Below, in pieces: positions 40,001 to 49,317 of a DNA stretch of 64,000 nt (within the stretch, counting starts at the first letter, position 1; each line of letters begins with the position of its first letter). This DNA comes from Nemertoderma westbladi (Eukaryota > Animalia > Xenacoelomorpha), in contig JAUCBJ010008770.1 of assembly GCA_032718475.1 (NCBI GenBank), positions 28,157-92,156 on the forward strand, written 5' to 3'. A program made the position numbers and the translations under genes. Under the pieces are notes generated by a model, which worked only from the letters and a program-made list of their open reading frames with translations, did no database searches and was not told the origin of the DNA.

Positions 40001-40801
40001 ACTCGAGAACTCCAAACCCGCGGGTTTGGTACCCGAGTCCCGCGCCGCTTCGCGCCGCGCCTCTAGATCCTTATAGGCTCGGTACAGCGAAATGGCCGCT
40101 GCCGTCTCTATCAAACTGGGTGTCGAACAGGGTTTAATCTCCGTATACGGATCTAATGTCGTAACGGTCGGCGTAATGGGTCTCGGAGGTCGCTTTCCGC
40201 TGAAGTCGATACTGATCATTGGGTTGCTCATCGGGTAACCTCCCTCGTTGTATCTAAGGAATTGGTGAGCTGGACATCGCGTTAATATCGGTTCCGGATG
40301 TTGCTCGTCTAATCGGTCGGGAATCGCCACGTCCTGTTTATTCATGCATTCACCACACTTGTAGAAGAGCTTGTATACGCTGAAGACTTTCGGCGTCTCC
40401 TGATCCTCGCCTCGAGTCCTCCGATACAGGTGCATTCCGTCGAACTGATCTCGGACTGCAGGTAGAGGCTCCTCGTGTCGTAAATACATATTCATATGGT
40501 ATAGTCGTGCGATTTCCTCGTCCGGATCTGCGCTAATGTCGCACACGTCCAAAGCAAAGTCGTAGGGATACCGCGTGCGATACTCTCTCCGCAAGACTTC
40601 CATCCGGTCCCCCAACGCTCTCATTCTTTCTCTCCATAATTCTTTATCATAACTTGGTTTATACTTCCCGTTCAGCTCCATCACGGACCGCCCATGGTAG
40701 TAAACGTTAGAGTCTTTACATCCTGGTCGCACGAATGGTAGCTCCGCCTCCTCTCTGGCAGTAAATCCTCTGCGCGGTTGCGCTCTAATATCCCTCTCCA
40801 T
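37094..40801 (-). CDS. Retrotransposon accessory protein: DEDDy-like 3'-5' exonuclease + 3 CCHC zinc knuckles (1235 aa)
   Basis: Uninterrupted ORF. ExoI-like VMFYDNEG, ExoII-like KVGSGVQSDL, FVDT and GMGFIAHLL, ExoIII-like QYYLVLE. Knuckles CKLCGSTRHNLKSC, CRWCNETDHSFHTC, CGYCGVKGHRSARC. Basic C-terminal tail; no evident signal peptide or TM segment. Confidence 0.75.
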   Translation of the reverse strand: MERDIRAQPRRGFTAREEAELPFVRPGCKDSNVYYHGRSVMELNGKYKPSYDKELWRERMRALGDRMEVLRREYRTRYPYDFALDVCDISADPDEEIARLYHMNMYLRHEEPLPAVRDQFDGMHLYRRTRGEDQETPKVFSVYKLFYKCGECMNKQDVAIPDRLDEQHPEPILTRCPAHQFLRYNEGGYPMSNPMISIDFSGKRPPRPITPTVTTLDPYTEIKPCSTPSLIETAAAISLYRAYKDLEARREAARDSGTKPAGLEFSSPWTTFTSPHRVRSLTPEHQDDIDALRQEERAAKAKELFENRIAEYNKTADRHQEETRRVTGFVPQVVSQPGPVYYSDGTEPAILVDHPESREAIRFLPMVRMADHWNVDCLREVLCAKFLRDVPMQITDYDTLDKIGAPGKESKLFGWLDKYIKVWVAVATFPDDKEVDQAWLRRKGSYTRYDDHKAIERMWTPSDEIQRQWRKTEESLQDWRVMFYDNEGGSHQECLTSKCIQIRAADGVTHVFMRVRADRERPEPIITTQYRKGKDPREQILEVCRRGGMHGAERIDARMLPKKVREAILNQDYVKVGSGVQSDLESDFNAMTDLEDRLPRPFVDTKLLLLWAQDIGIYREYPNSAKTGMGFIAHLLYNWDFKLKTQKKYEEAYGEYNTPPGAEFKSHFKRQALVYWNICAPPRASLQYYLVLESNMVTCLLADIVARVLKRHPLVFGGDQYVRSKGGIQSDVMKRFLTPFFNQSLENTSMVRRGLAIFEGVYRQNIGDLGDRPSMEYPTPEALEKWFGNQTRGFGTPFHSEADRPVKEGWPETLVEVFGVDLPVEKTYPKRTREEILEIEDKGEDVYFVPDRQPLTGEDDIVLDIGKEGSAKPIGDLIYERAWFPQARRCKLCGSTRHNLKSCDAVIEAAHKVCRWCNETDHSFHTCTVFISQCGYCGVKGHRSARCQLRDDSFQNHSANLLREMLDKWESVADYHIQAQMRWLPFKAGYGFWVVDPSHVAYEPYLQSLPQYQELILTAQDLPQNTGVIVVREYFRQLNMDNKYTWNFVAICDRITKGVFTETRKVVRARGDWRMVAIQYRNEFLLTHVPVGSLTAERIQEQRIAATTATTAGAQGSRKEPGGGVQDKRQVKDDHYHSIIEAQRLQRKAQGASEKARVQLQKEELVEATTGARQLGRGRGRSSSRESVGAQGTSSSVPGSDASRKPSTESTRGRLVYLGRGRKRGASPKNPGAGR

Positions 40802-41559
40802 TATGTTACGCGTATATACATATATATATATCCCAATAAGTGCCGTTACGTAACCAACTACACTGTGGGTAAATCAGTTAGATGTCGCCGAAGGACAGAC
40901 CTCCCGAACCCCCCCCCGCCTTCCAGCAGTTCAGGTTCGACTCTCTAGATCCCGTCTCTTCCTAACTAACTATCCTCTAACCTATTCCCATGCAGAGCGC
41001 AAAAACTTTGGAGATAAACTGGCCGTGACCAACTCACTTTTTGATGCCCAAACTACTCCCATTACTCGTACTAAACTACAGTAGTTAGAAAGGACTATAG
41101 CCACAATACTCGACTATACCAAACCCACAGGTTTGATAATCGAACATCACACATCCTGCAAACTACTGAGTGGGGTCCATGCACGCCTCTGGTGCTACTA
41201 ACCTTTAGCACCTTAGTTGCACTGTTGGCACCAATCTGTGGAAGTTGCTAAACTCAATTTACACTCCTACGTAATATAGCCGTCACCATGGTTTCTAAAT
41301 GCTATTTTCCAGGCTTTACGACTTTCAAATTACTGTTTTCTATAGACGAATTCTAAAACGCGTCTATACACAGCGTCTGGAATTGTCTTGGGTTTACTTT
41401 TCTAATTTTAAAATTTTTAATTTTTCCAAAATTTTGAAAATAAAATTTTGTTTTGATACCCACCAGACAAAACTCAACGCAAATCACCACAACCCCGCTC
41501 CTATGCATTTCCTTGTATTTGCATACGAGGAATGCATACGAAGTGAGTTGCGTCCAACA

Positions 41560-43065
41560 CTAATTCAGTTTTGAGGCAGGAGACAAATTATAATCTCCCA
41601 TCTCGATACGTGTCTCCTCTAATAACACAATATCTTGGACCGGTCGGTCCAAGGTGTGTAAACCATTAGTTTTACACTTTTTTGGGTGCGGACACTTGCA
41701 CCTAATTTTCACAGTGACTGTGCGCACTATGTTTTGCACGTCTGGGTGTGTGTGCAAGATCACTCCCGTCTCCCAATACTTTCTCTTGACAATGGGTTCG
41801 GTTATCAACACGTAATCTCCCCTTTGGAGACTCCGAACCGTTTTGTACCACTTTGTTCTGGTGGATATGGTGGGAAGATAGTATTCCCGCCAATATTCCC
41901 AGAATGTGTACGCCACAAACTGTGTTACTTTCCAGCTTTTACGACTATATAGGTCGGCACTAATGGGTTCTGATGCCGGCACAAGAAATGCTGGACTCTG
42001 CATTAGCAAATGATTCGGCGTTAATGCAACACCGTCTGGCAACATAGCTATCGGCCTCGAGTTTAGGGTATGCTCGATTTCAATGAAAGCTGTGACCAGT
42101 TCGTCGTCGGTAAGTTGTTTGTTTACAGGCAATGTTTTGGCAATGGCCTGTTTTACAGAGCGAACTAAACGCTCCCAACTTCCTCCTCTCCAAGGACTTT
42201 CTGGAGTATTAAATCTCCATTCTACACGTTGCGGCAAAAGTGCTGCAGAAATTTCCTTATTCTGTGCTGCTTTATGAGCCGCGTTCAACTCGCTATTCCC
42301 TCCGACAAAGTTTGTACCCTTGTCAGAGTAGAACGCCTTTACTAGTCCTCTCCTGGCCATAAATCTCTTTAAGGCCAGGAGCAGAGATTTGGTCGACATG
42401 TCTGCCACACGCTCGATATGTATGGCTCTACTAGCCATGCATGTCAGTAGCAGACCCCATCGCTTGTGGGTCAGCCGTCCACTCTTTGCCTCAATCGGAC
42501 CAAAACAATCCACCCCTGTGTTCGTAAAGGGTGGGTCATATGCCTGCACTCTCGCTTTCGGGAGTTCAGCCATCTCCTGTTCCAATACTCTGGCGTTCAC
42601 TCTCTTGCAAACCAGACAGGCGTCATACATAGTGCCGACTGCCCTGCTTGGCTGCAATAGAATGAATCGCTGTCTCGCTGCCGACAAACAGTGTAACCTT
42701 CCCGCGTGATGCAACCTCTTGTGTATATCCCATAGAATCGCTCTTTGCAATTCTATTGGGTGACTAGGGATTATCACTGGGAACCGAAACTGTGAGTTTA
42801 TGTCGACAGTCTGGATTCTCGATCTATGACAAATTAAACCCTTATGGATCAATGGACTCCATTTTCTAAGGGGTTTATAGAGAACTGGTCGTTGAGCCGA
42901 TAATAGATGGAATTCTTTAGGGAAGGCACACATTTGATAATGTCTCAAATGCTTTAATTCCGCTTGATCAATCTCATCCTCTGTCAGAGGTTGTTTCAAT
43001 TTCCGAATTCGCTCACTATTGGTGCTCAATGGTTCTCTCAAATGTTTCGAATGTTTTAAACAAAT
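41560..43065 (-). CDS. BEL/Pao integrase region (in frame with pol after one TAG)
   Basis: HHCC (IHKRLHH...CLVCKR), GVDCFGP, SDKGTNF, GSWERLVRSVK, LNSRP, LTPNHLL, FWEYWREYYL...W...G C-terminal domain. Confidence 0.93.
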   Translation of the reverse strand: MCLKHSKHLREPLSTNSERIRKLKQPLTEDEIDQAELKHLRHYQMCAFPKEFHLLSAQRPVLYKPLRKWSPLIHKGLICHRSRIQTVDINSQFRFPVIIPSHPIELQRAILWDIHKRLHHAGRLHCLSAARQRFILLQPSRAVGTMYDACLVCKRVNARVLEQEMAELPKARVQAYDPPFTNTGVDCFGPIEAKSGRLTHKRWGLLLTCMASRAIHIERVADMSTKSLLLALKRFMARRGLVKAFYSDKGTNFVGGNSELNAAHKAAQNKEISAALLPQRVEWRFNTPESPWRGGSWERLVRSVKQAIAKTLPVNKQLTDDELVTAFIEIEHTLNSRPIAMLPDGVALTPNHLLMQSPAFLVPASEPISADLYSRKSWKVTQFVAYTFWEYWREYYLPTISTRTKWYKTVRSLQRGDYVLITEPIVKRKYWETGVILHTHPDVQNIVRTVTVKIRCKCPHPKKCKTNGLHTLDRPVQDIVLLEETRIEMGDYNLSPASKLN

Positions 43066-46000
43066 CTACGAAACGTATCGGCTTAACCACGCAGTTCTTT
43101 TACAAATTATCAGCCAAGAGGCAGACGAATTTAGTAATTTGTCATAAACACTGCATGACTCTAATGCCAGCGATGGTTGTCCGCTAACCAATGGAAGTTT
43201 CGAATCCAAACCCACAGGTTTGGAAACCAAAGGATCCATTATGTCGGTCATTTTCTGTCCGTCACTTACCAACTGTGACTGTCGTCTAGTCTGTAAGGGT
43301 GGTTTTACGTCGTAACTTACCCTTCCTGACCTAGTAGTCACGTAAGTCTGTTGGTCTGACAGGTCTCCGGGCCGCTCCAATAACTCTTCAGGCCGCTCCA
43401 ATGACTCTTCAGGCCGCTCCAATGACTCTTCAGGCCGCTCCAATGACTTAAGTTTGGCTTTAGACTTCGACTTAGAGACTTTCTCCACTTTGACTTCTGC
43501 ATCTTCAGGCATCGGATTGGTCACTATCTTTAGTCGCTCTGGCCAATGTTCCTGTGTCCTTGTTAGAAAATCAGGTCCATGCAACCAAAACTCCTGCGAC
43601 TCTTCCTGACAGAATTCCGCCGGCATTGCACCTCTCGAAGTTATGTCGGCCGGGTTCAACACTCCCGGACAATGTCTCCATTGTTCCTTCGTCGAAAAAT
43701 CAACGATCTGAGCGCGTCTATTGGCCACAAATGTCTTTAGTGCAATATTGTCGGCCGCAATGTATACTAACACCAAGGATGCGTCCGTCCAATAGAATAA
43801 GGTCAATGTCGTATCTAATTCCTCAGTTATCTGCTTACTTACCTCGACTGAAACTACAGCCGCCTGTAACTCTGCACGAGGGACAGTCATATATTTGACC
43901 GGCATTGTCTTTGATCTAGAAGTCACAAAGGCCGTCTCAAATTTGTCCTGACTTACCTCTCGGCGAAGGTAGGCTACCATACCAAAGCCGGTGTCACTTG
44001 CGTCACTAAACAAGTGCAGTTCGAGGTCAGCTGGAAATACCAGCTGATTCGGAAAGTAGGAACGGGGTACGTCTATGTTTTTCAATAGATGTAACTCGGC
44101 TTCCCACTCCCTCCACTGCTTTGCATGTATAGGAGATATTGGTTCGTCCCACTCTACGTCGGACAACCAAATTTTCCTCATGCACGCTCGTGCCTGTAAT
44201 ATTACCGGACTGATAAAGTTCATCGGGTCAAATAGTCTACTTAATGTCGATAAGCAAATTCTCTTAGTCAAAACTTTGTCTGGGCTACTGGGCTCAAATC
44301 TAACTCTTACCTGGAACTTATCCGAGTTCGGGTTCCAAGCGAGTCCCAGTACTCGCGCCATGGGGATTGGTTCTACCCCCAATTCAATGTCTCCGCTCCC
44401 GCGATCTTTCACCGGGAACGATTCTAATAGGGCCTCCGAGTTCGTAGTGAACTTGGTTAGAGGAAAACCCCCTGTAGCCAAGCACTCTTGCAGGCCGTGA
44501 GCCACTTCTATGGCTTGTTCCGCCGTGTCCTTGGACACCAATCCGTCGTCCATATAGAAGTTTCTCAATATAGACTCGATTACTTCTACTGGATACTTAC
44601 CAATCTGGGCTGTTGCCGTTTTCTTTAGAACGAACAGCATGCCATTCGGACTATCGCGGGCGCCAAATATCCTAACGTACATCTGATATGTAACCACTGG
44701 GCCGGATAAGTCTTCATTCTCGTACCAGAGAAATCGAAGGCTATCCTGGTCTGCCTTACAGGCTCTTACCTGGTGGAACATCGCCTCGATGTCACAAGTA
44801 AATGCGAATCGCCGCTGTCTAAAACGCAACAGTATTCCAATCAAATAGTTATTCAGGTTGGGACCATCCATCAACTCTGAATTCAGGGACATACCTCTAT
44901 AGACTGCTGCGCAGTCGTTGACTACTCGGACTTTGTCTGGCTTGTCAGGGTGAGTCACATAGTGGTGTGGAAGGTAATAAGTCTGGTCTGTCACTAAGTC
45001 AGGGTCCTCTACCTTCCCAGCAAATCCCTTGGCGAAATAGTTGTTGATCTGGGCGCAATACTTCTCCCTAATGTCCGGATTCTTCAACAACCGAGCCCTT
45101 ACTCCGTTTAATCTTTTCAAGGCTAAGTTGTAGTTGTTCTCCAGCTTAGGAGGTTGTCGACGCCACAACACTCCAACTTCAAAATGTCCAGTCGGTAGCA
45201 GACGTATGGTGTCTTCCATCATCTCCAGCGACCGCTTCTCATCAGTAGACATGGCTAGGTCATATCCACCGGGTTCCATTGCGTCCCTATCCAGCCATTC
45301 GACAGTTCTGGCTCCTGTCTCGAGGTCCTGGCATATCAATTCCTTCTGTAATTCCTCCTCACTGTATTGGAAAATGTCTAGGTCTCGATATTTAGCCGCT
45401 TGACCCTCCACTATGTCTGTATAAGTCAAAACGTTAGTCAGATAAGTAGCGTGGGCCGCTGAACCAGACCCACGGGTCTGATAACAGTAGTCCTCGGGTT
45501 CACTATCTGTCCGGTCATTGTGAAGTGGTTCCGACAACCTAACATTATCAGGAATCAACTCCTCGTCCGACTCGCTAAAGTCACTATAGTGGTCAATACA
45601 GGTTCTCCTAAACTCATCTATGTCTGGTGGTTCTACTAACGGTGGTTGAATTATAGGCTGTAATTCGTCGTATCTGTTCATTGGCTTGTCGCCACCTGTA
45701 AACTCATAAGACATGGGTACTCGTGTATACCAACCTAGTATGGTCCTATGGGCATGTGGTCCATTGACATGCGGCTCAGCTGGTCTCGTTTCCCATATCT
45801 GGTGTGCGATCAGCTGTTCTGCACCAATCAACATAGAAACATTCCTATAACCTACCTGGTGTCTGGGTATCCTGAGCTTGTCAAAATACTCCTGTGCTAT
45901 GGGACTCATCGGCGGCACCTTACCTAACTGCCTGCCGAATCCCTTCATAGCTAGACACTTAAATCCGTCCAATGGCAAAGCTTTCCGTTCTTGTCGAGTG

Positions 46001-49000
46001 TGTTGGTCTCTCGGAAGTAGGGAATCTAGTTCTACCGAAATTCTGTGTCCCTTGAGGTCCCCTACCCCGTGCATAGACTTCAACTCTATTTGGATCTCCT
46101 CGGCGTCCTGGAAGCTAGAAACAGCTCTCGCCACTTCCTCGTCGATATAAGATAATGTGGACGCAGTGTCCAACATCACATATATTCGCTTCGATCCCTT
46201 ATCGCCAGTAAGTTTCACCGGAATTACGCTGAATATTTCCGACGTGGCCGATGATAAATACGTCCGCGCGCTGGTCGATGAACTATCTGCGGTGAAACCT
46301 TGGCAGGTCACCTCTCTTGCGCTCGACTCGCCATCCTCGTCCGACGAACCTGGTTGGTAACCATCGTCCTGGATGCCAGTGTACGTATTCCTCCTTATCG
46401 ATACGGGTTCTTTGCTCCCCTTCCTTTGAGGATTTCGCTGTAAGTAACGGTCCGTTGGGGTATGGAAATCCGCATGTAGCAACTTGTGATGTAGTCTGCC
46501 GCATTCCATGCATCCGTCCTTGCTGTTCGGGCACTGCCGCCGTACATGACCTGGCGCAAGACATGCCCAACAGGTGTCCAACGTCCGCACTTGAACTCTT
46601 CTCTGTTCCGAATTTAATTCTTTGAACCGTCTGCAACTATCTAACTTATGGTCGTCAGATCTTACCTCCTTTAGTAAACAGTATTGGCAACCTACAAATC
46701 CATCCGGCAACTCCTGTTGCTTTAACCTAGGTCTATCTAACCGCTCACCTGACCATACTCGCGAGTCTGATCTAAAGGCTGGGGTACTCGAATTATATCT
46801 GTCTACTGAGTTAAATGTCACAGTGGTCCTGTCATCGTCAAAACTTACCATAGACTTACCGGTAACAGGTTTAGACTCCCTCATATTCTCTTCTGAGAAG
46901 TTTGATTTCATCTCTGCTACTGCGTCTGTGGCTATCATGTCATGAATATGCTGAAGTGTCAATACTTTACCTTGGCTCTCCAACTTATTCTCTAATTTGC
47001 GCCATTTCTGTCTGTAACGCATGTTTAAACGTCTTATTACGCTTTTCAAAACTTCGGCGTGATCACCATGATGAGGTAGATTCACCGTCCTCAAGATGTC
47101 CAATGCGTTTGAAATAGCGTTCGCTAAGTTCAACAGCTCTAACGGAGTTGTAATCCTTCCGCCCTTACCCAAGTCTTCTACTATCGACTGCGCCATCTTG
47201 GTTTTATTCCCGTAGATGTCACTAAGCGTCTTCATCGCTAACTCAAATGCTCTTTCATTGCCGACGAAGTTATCAGCAATGGCTCTAGGTTCTCGATGGA
47301 GCATCTGAAGCAAATAGTTGAACTTCTCGTTGGGAGTAAAGGTGCTGTTGGTTAGCTGCTCGTCGACATAGGTTTTGAAGGTCCTCCAATGTTTATGGTT
47401 ACCCATAAACTTCTGGGGTTGTTGCGTCGGCAGTCCTTGCCTAGCAGCAAACTTACCTATGTCCCTAAGGGTTGCGTCGTTCCGGGTTAACAAATGGTTT
47501 AGTTCCGCAGGGTTGTTAAGTCTGGTCCTTTCCCGGTGGTTCCAACTTACCTGCTCCGCGTCCGTCCTTGTTTCCTTATAGTTTCGGGACTTCTGACGTC
47601 TCATGTCTTCCTCTTCATCGCTTGACTCGGTGTCAGTCCTTAGCGCGCGCGATGGTTTGCGCGCCGAGGCCCTGACCCAAGCCTCCTCAATAAATCTTTC
47701 GGCTGAGTTTTCGAAATTGGGATTATGAATATTCGGGACAGGCGTCCTTACCTGAGGTCTATGTGGTATAGTCTCCTCCGATATGCGTACTCGTTGACTA
47801 GGCTGGACTTTATCTAACTCAGGCCTGCTAGGATTTGAATTACTTCTTACCTGGGCTGCTTCCTTTAACCGTAGGTTGCTAAGCATGTCCGTTATAGGTT
47901 GGATGTGCGGCGATATAGCTTGCGCTAAACTAGCACTTAACTCATCCCTCGTAATAAATTCCTGGCTAGGGTTCTGTTGTATAGTCGGCTCTATCTGAGT
48001 AATCCGCTGTCTCTCATATGATCCCTCTTCCGGTTTAACCCGGAAGTTCTCCGTCGAACTGGGTCGGCGCTCCATCCGCGTATTCCAAACCCGCGGGTTC
48101 GGTTCGCCAAATACTCGGCCCGTCGGAGTTTCTTCTCTAAATTCTCCGTTGTCACGTTCGGTATACAGTGGTGTGGCATTCCGATGACGTAGATCCTGGG
48201 CGATGGGTGAAGCACTAATACCAACTGGCGTGCGATATGTAGAGAACGGTTTAACGATCCGTGTACTCGTAATAGCTGGACCGGGTATAGGAATTCTGGT
48301 CGTCGTTGACTCGCGTATAGTCGGAGTTCTCGCTTCCTGTTCGGCCTTCTGCAGTGCGAACAGTTCTCGCAACTCTGTCCCCACACTCGCCCCACATTCT
48401 TCGAGCATTCGCATCCCCTTCTCGGCGATTTCGTTCGCCTTCCTAGTCCGTTCTTCGCTCTCTAAACTTAATCTCGCACTTTCCAACTGCGCCAGTTTAC
48501 GCTCTTCTTCTTCCCTCGCTCGTCTCGCTGCGCTCTCTTCTTCCACTCGCGCCTTTTCTTCATACAATGCGCGTCTTCTTTTCTCGATCTCGAGTTCGCG
48601 TTCCTTGCGTCCGCGTTCGAGTTGAAGCTCGCGCTCCTTCTGTTCACGATCGAGTTTCTTGCACTCGCGTTCGGCTTGGAGTTCGCGTTTCTTCGCTTCC
48701 TGTTCGCGTTCGAGTTGGAGTTCGCGTTTCTTCGCTTCCCGTTCGCATTCAAGTTGGAGTTCGCGTTTCTTCGCTTCCCGTTCGCATTCGAGTTGGAGTT
48801 CGCGTTCTCTCTGTTCGCATTCGAGTTCCTCGCGCTCACGCTCGGCTTGGAGTTCACGTTCCCTTTGCTCGCGTTCCGCTCGCTCGCGCTTACTTATCTC
48901 TTCCAACTCTCGTAACTCTGCGTCCAACTTACGTGTGCGCTCCCGTTCCCGCTCGGCTTCCTTCCGTGCTTCCTGTGCACGCAAAACTTCCGCCTGCTGT

Positions 49001-49317
49001 TCGTCTAGTCGGCGTCTTCTCTCCTCCGCCGAGTTGTGAGAAACAAGGGATCTAGCACATATTACCTTACCTCGCGCGTGACTAACCTGGGAATCGCCGC
49101 TGTCTCTAGATGCGTCGTCGGGTGGAGTCAACGTCCTCTGTTGAATGTTCTCCGTCGTCGGTAGCACCTGGCCTGGTACCACCACTCCATTCTGCATCAG
49201 CCAGCTAGTAACTTCCCTCTGATAACGGCGCTCTTCCTTATCTTGGATCTCTTCCCGCTCCACTAAGTCTCTTAACTCTGCATCACTCACCTGAGTCGCT
49301 GCGTTTGTGATGCCCAT
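43066..49317 (-). CDS. BEL/Pao Gag-Pol (coiled coil, Gag, 3 Zn knuckles, protease, RT, RNase H)
   Basis: KFMGNHKHWRTF Gag core; CWACLAPGHVRRQC / CMECGRLHHKLLH; MLDTAS protease; YLPHH, DIEAMFHQV, FYMDD (RT); LHLFSDAS, ELQAA, WTDA, NPAD (RNase H). Confidence 0.95.
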   Translation of the reverse strand: MGITNAATQVSDAELRDLVEREEIQDKEERRYQREVTSWLMQNGVVVPGQVLPTTENIQQRTLTPPDDASRDSGDSQVSHARGKVICARSLVSHNSAEERRRRLDEQQAEVLRAQEARKEAERERERTRKLDAELRELEEISKRERAEREQRERELQAEREREELECEQRERELQLECEREAKKRELQLECEREAKKRELQLEREQEAKKRELQAERECKKLDREQKERELQLERGRKERELEIEKRRRALYEEKARVEEESAARRAREEEERKLAQLESARLSLESEERTRKANEIAEKGMRMLEECGASVGTELRELFALQKAEQEARTPTIRESTTTRIPIPGPAITSTRIVKPFSTYRTPVGISASPIAQDLRHRNATPLYTERDNGEFREETPTGRVFGEPNPRVWNTRMERRPSSTENFRVKPEEGSYERQRITQIEPTIQQNPSQEFITRDELSASLAQAISPHIQPITDMLSNLRLKEAAQVRSNSNPSRPELDKVQPSQRVRISEETIPHRPQVRTPVPNIHNPNFENSAERFIEEAWVRASARKPSRALRTDTESSDEEEDMRRQKSRNYKETRTDAEQVSWNHRERTRLNNPAELNHLLTRNDATLRDIGKFAARQGLPTQQPQKFMGNHKHWRTFKTYVDEQLTNSTFTPNEKFNYLLQMLHREPRAIADNFVGNERAFELAMKTLSDIYGNKTKMAQSIVEDLGKGGRITTPLELLNLANAISNALDILRTVNLPHHGDHAEVLKSVIRRLNMRYRQKWRKLENKLESQGKVLTLQHIHDMIATDAVAEMKSNFSEENMRESKPVTGKSMVSFDDDRTTVTFNSVDRYNSSTPAFRSDSRVWSGERLDRPRLKQQELPDGFVGCQYCLLKEVRSDDHKLDSCRRFKELNSEQRRVQVRTLDTCWACLAPGHVRRQCPNSKDGCMECGRLHHKLLHADFHTPTDRYLQRNPQRKGSKEPVSIRRNTYTGIQDDGYQPGSSDEDGESSAREVTCQGFTADSSSTSARTYLSSATSEIFSVIPVKLTGDKGSKRIYVMLDTASTLSYIDEEVARAVSSFQDAEEIQIELKSMHGVGDLKGHRISVELDSLLPRDQHTRQERKALPLDGFKCLAMKGFGRQLGKVPPMSPIAQEYFDKLRIPRHQVGYRNVSMLIGAEQLIAHQIWETRPAEPHVNGPHAHRTILGWYTRVPMSYEFTGGDKPMNRYDELQPIIQPPLVEPPDIDEFRRTCIDHYSDFSESDEELIPDNVRLSEPLHNDRTDSEPEDYCYQTRGSGSAAHATYLTNVLTYTDIVEGQAAKYRDLDIFQYSEEELQKELICQDLETGARTVEWLDRDAMEPGGYDLAMSTDEKRSLEMMEDTIRLLPTGHFEVGVLWRRQPPKLENNYNLALKRLNGVRARLLKNPDIREKYCAQINNYFAKGFAGKVEDPDLVTDQTYYLPHHYVTHPDKPDKVRVVNDCAAVYRGMSLNSELMDGPNLNNYLIGILLRFRQRRFAFTCDIEAMFHQVRACKADQDSLRFLWYENEDLSGPVVTYQMYVRIFGARDSPNGMLFVLKKTATAQIGKYPVEVIESILRNFYMDDGLVSKDTAEQAIEVAHGLQECLATGGFPLTKFTTNSEALLESFPVKDRGSGDIELGVEPIPMARVLGLAWNPNSDKFQVRVRFEPSSPDKVLTKRICLSTLSRLFDPMNFISPVILQARACMRKIWLSDVEWDEPISPIHAKQWREWEAELHLLKNIDVPRSYFPNQLVFPADLELHLFSDASDTGFGMVAYLRREVSQDKFETAFVTSRSKTMPVKYMTVPRAELQAAVVSVEVSKQITEELDTTLTLFYWTDASLVLVYIAADNIALKTFVANRRAQIVDFSTKEQWRHCPGVLNPADITSRGAMPAEFCQEESQEFWLHGPDFLTRTQEHWPERLKIVTNPMPEDAEVKVEKVSKSKSKAKLKSLERPEESLERPEESLERPEELLERPGDLSDQQTYVTTRSGRVSYDVKPPLQTRRQSQLVSDGQKMTDIMDPLVSKPVGLDSKLPLVSGQPSLALESCSVYDKLLNSSASWLIICKRTAWLSRYVS

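Noticed and set aside
37094-40801. env gene
   Set aside because: No evident signal peptide or transmembrane segment; motifs point to a nuclease with zinc knuckles.
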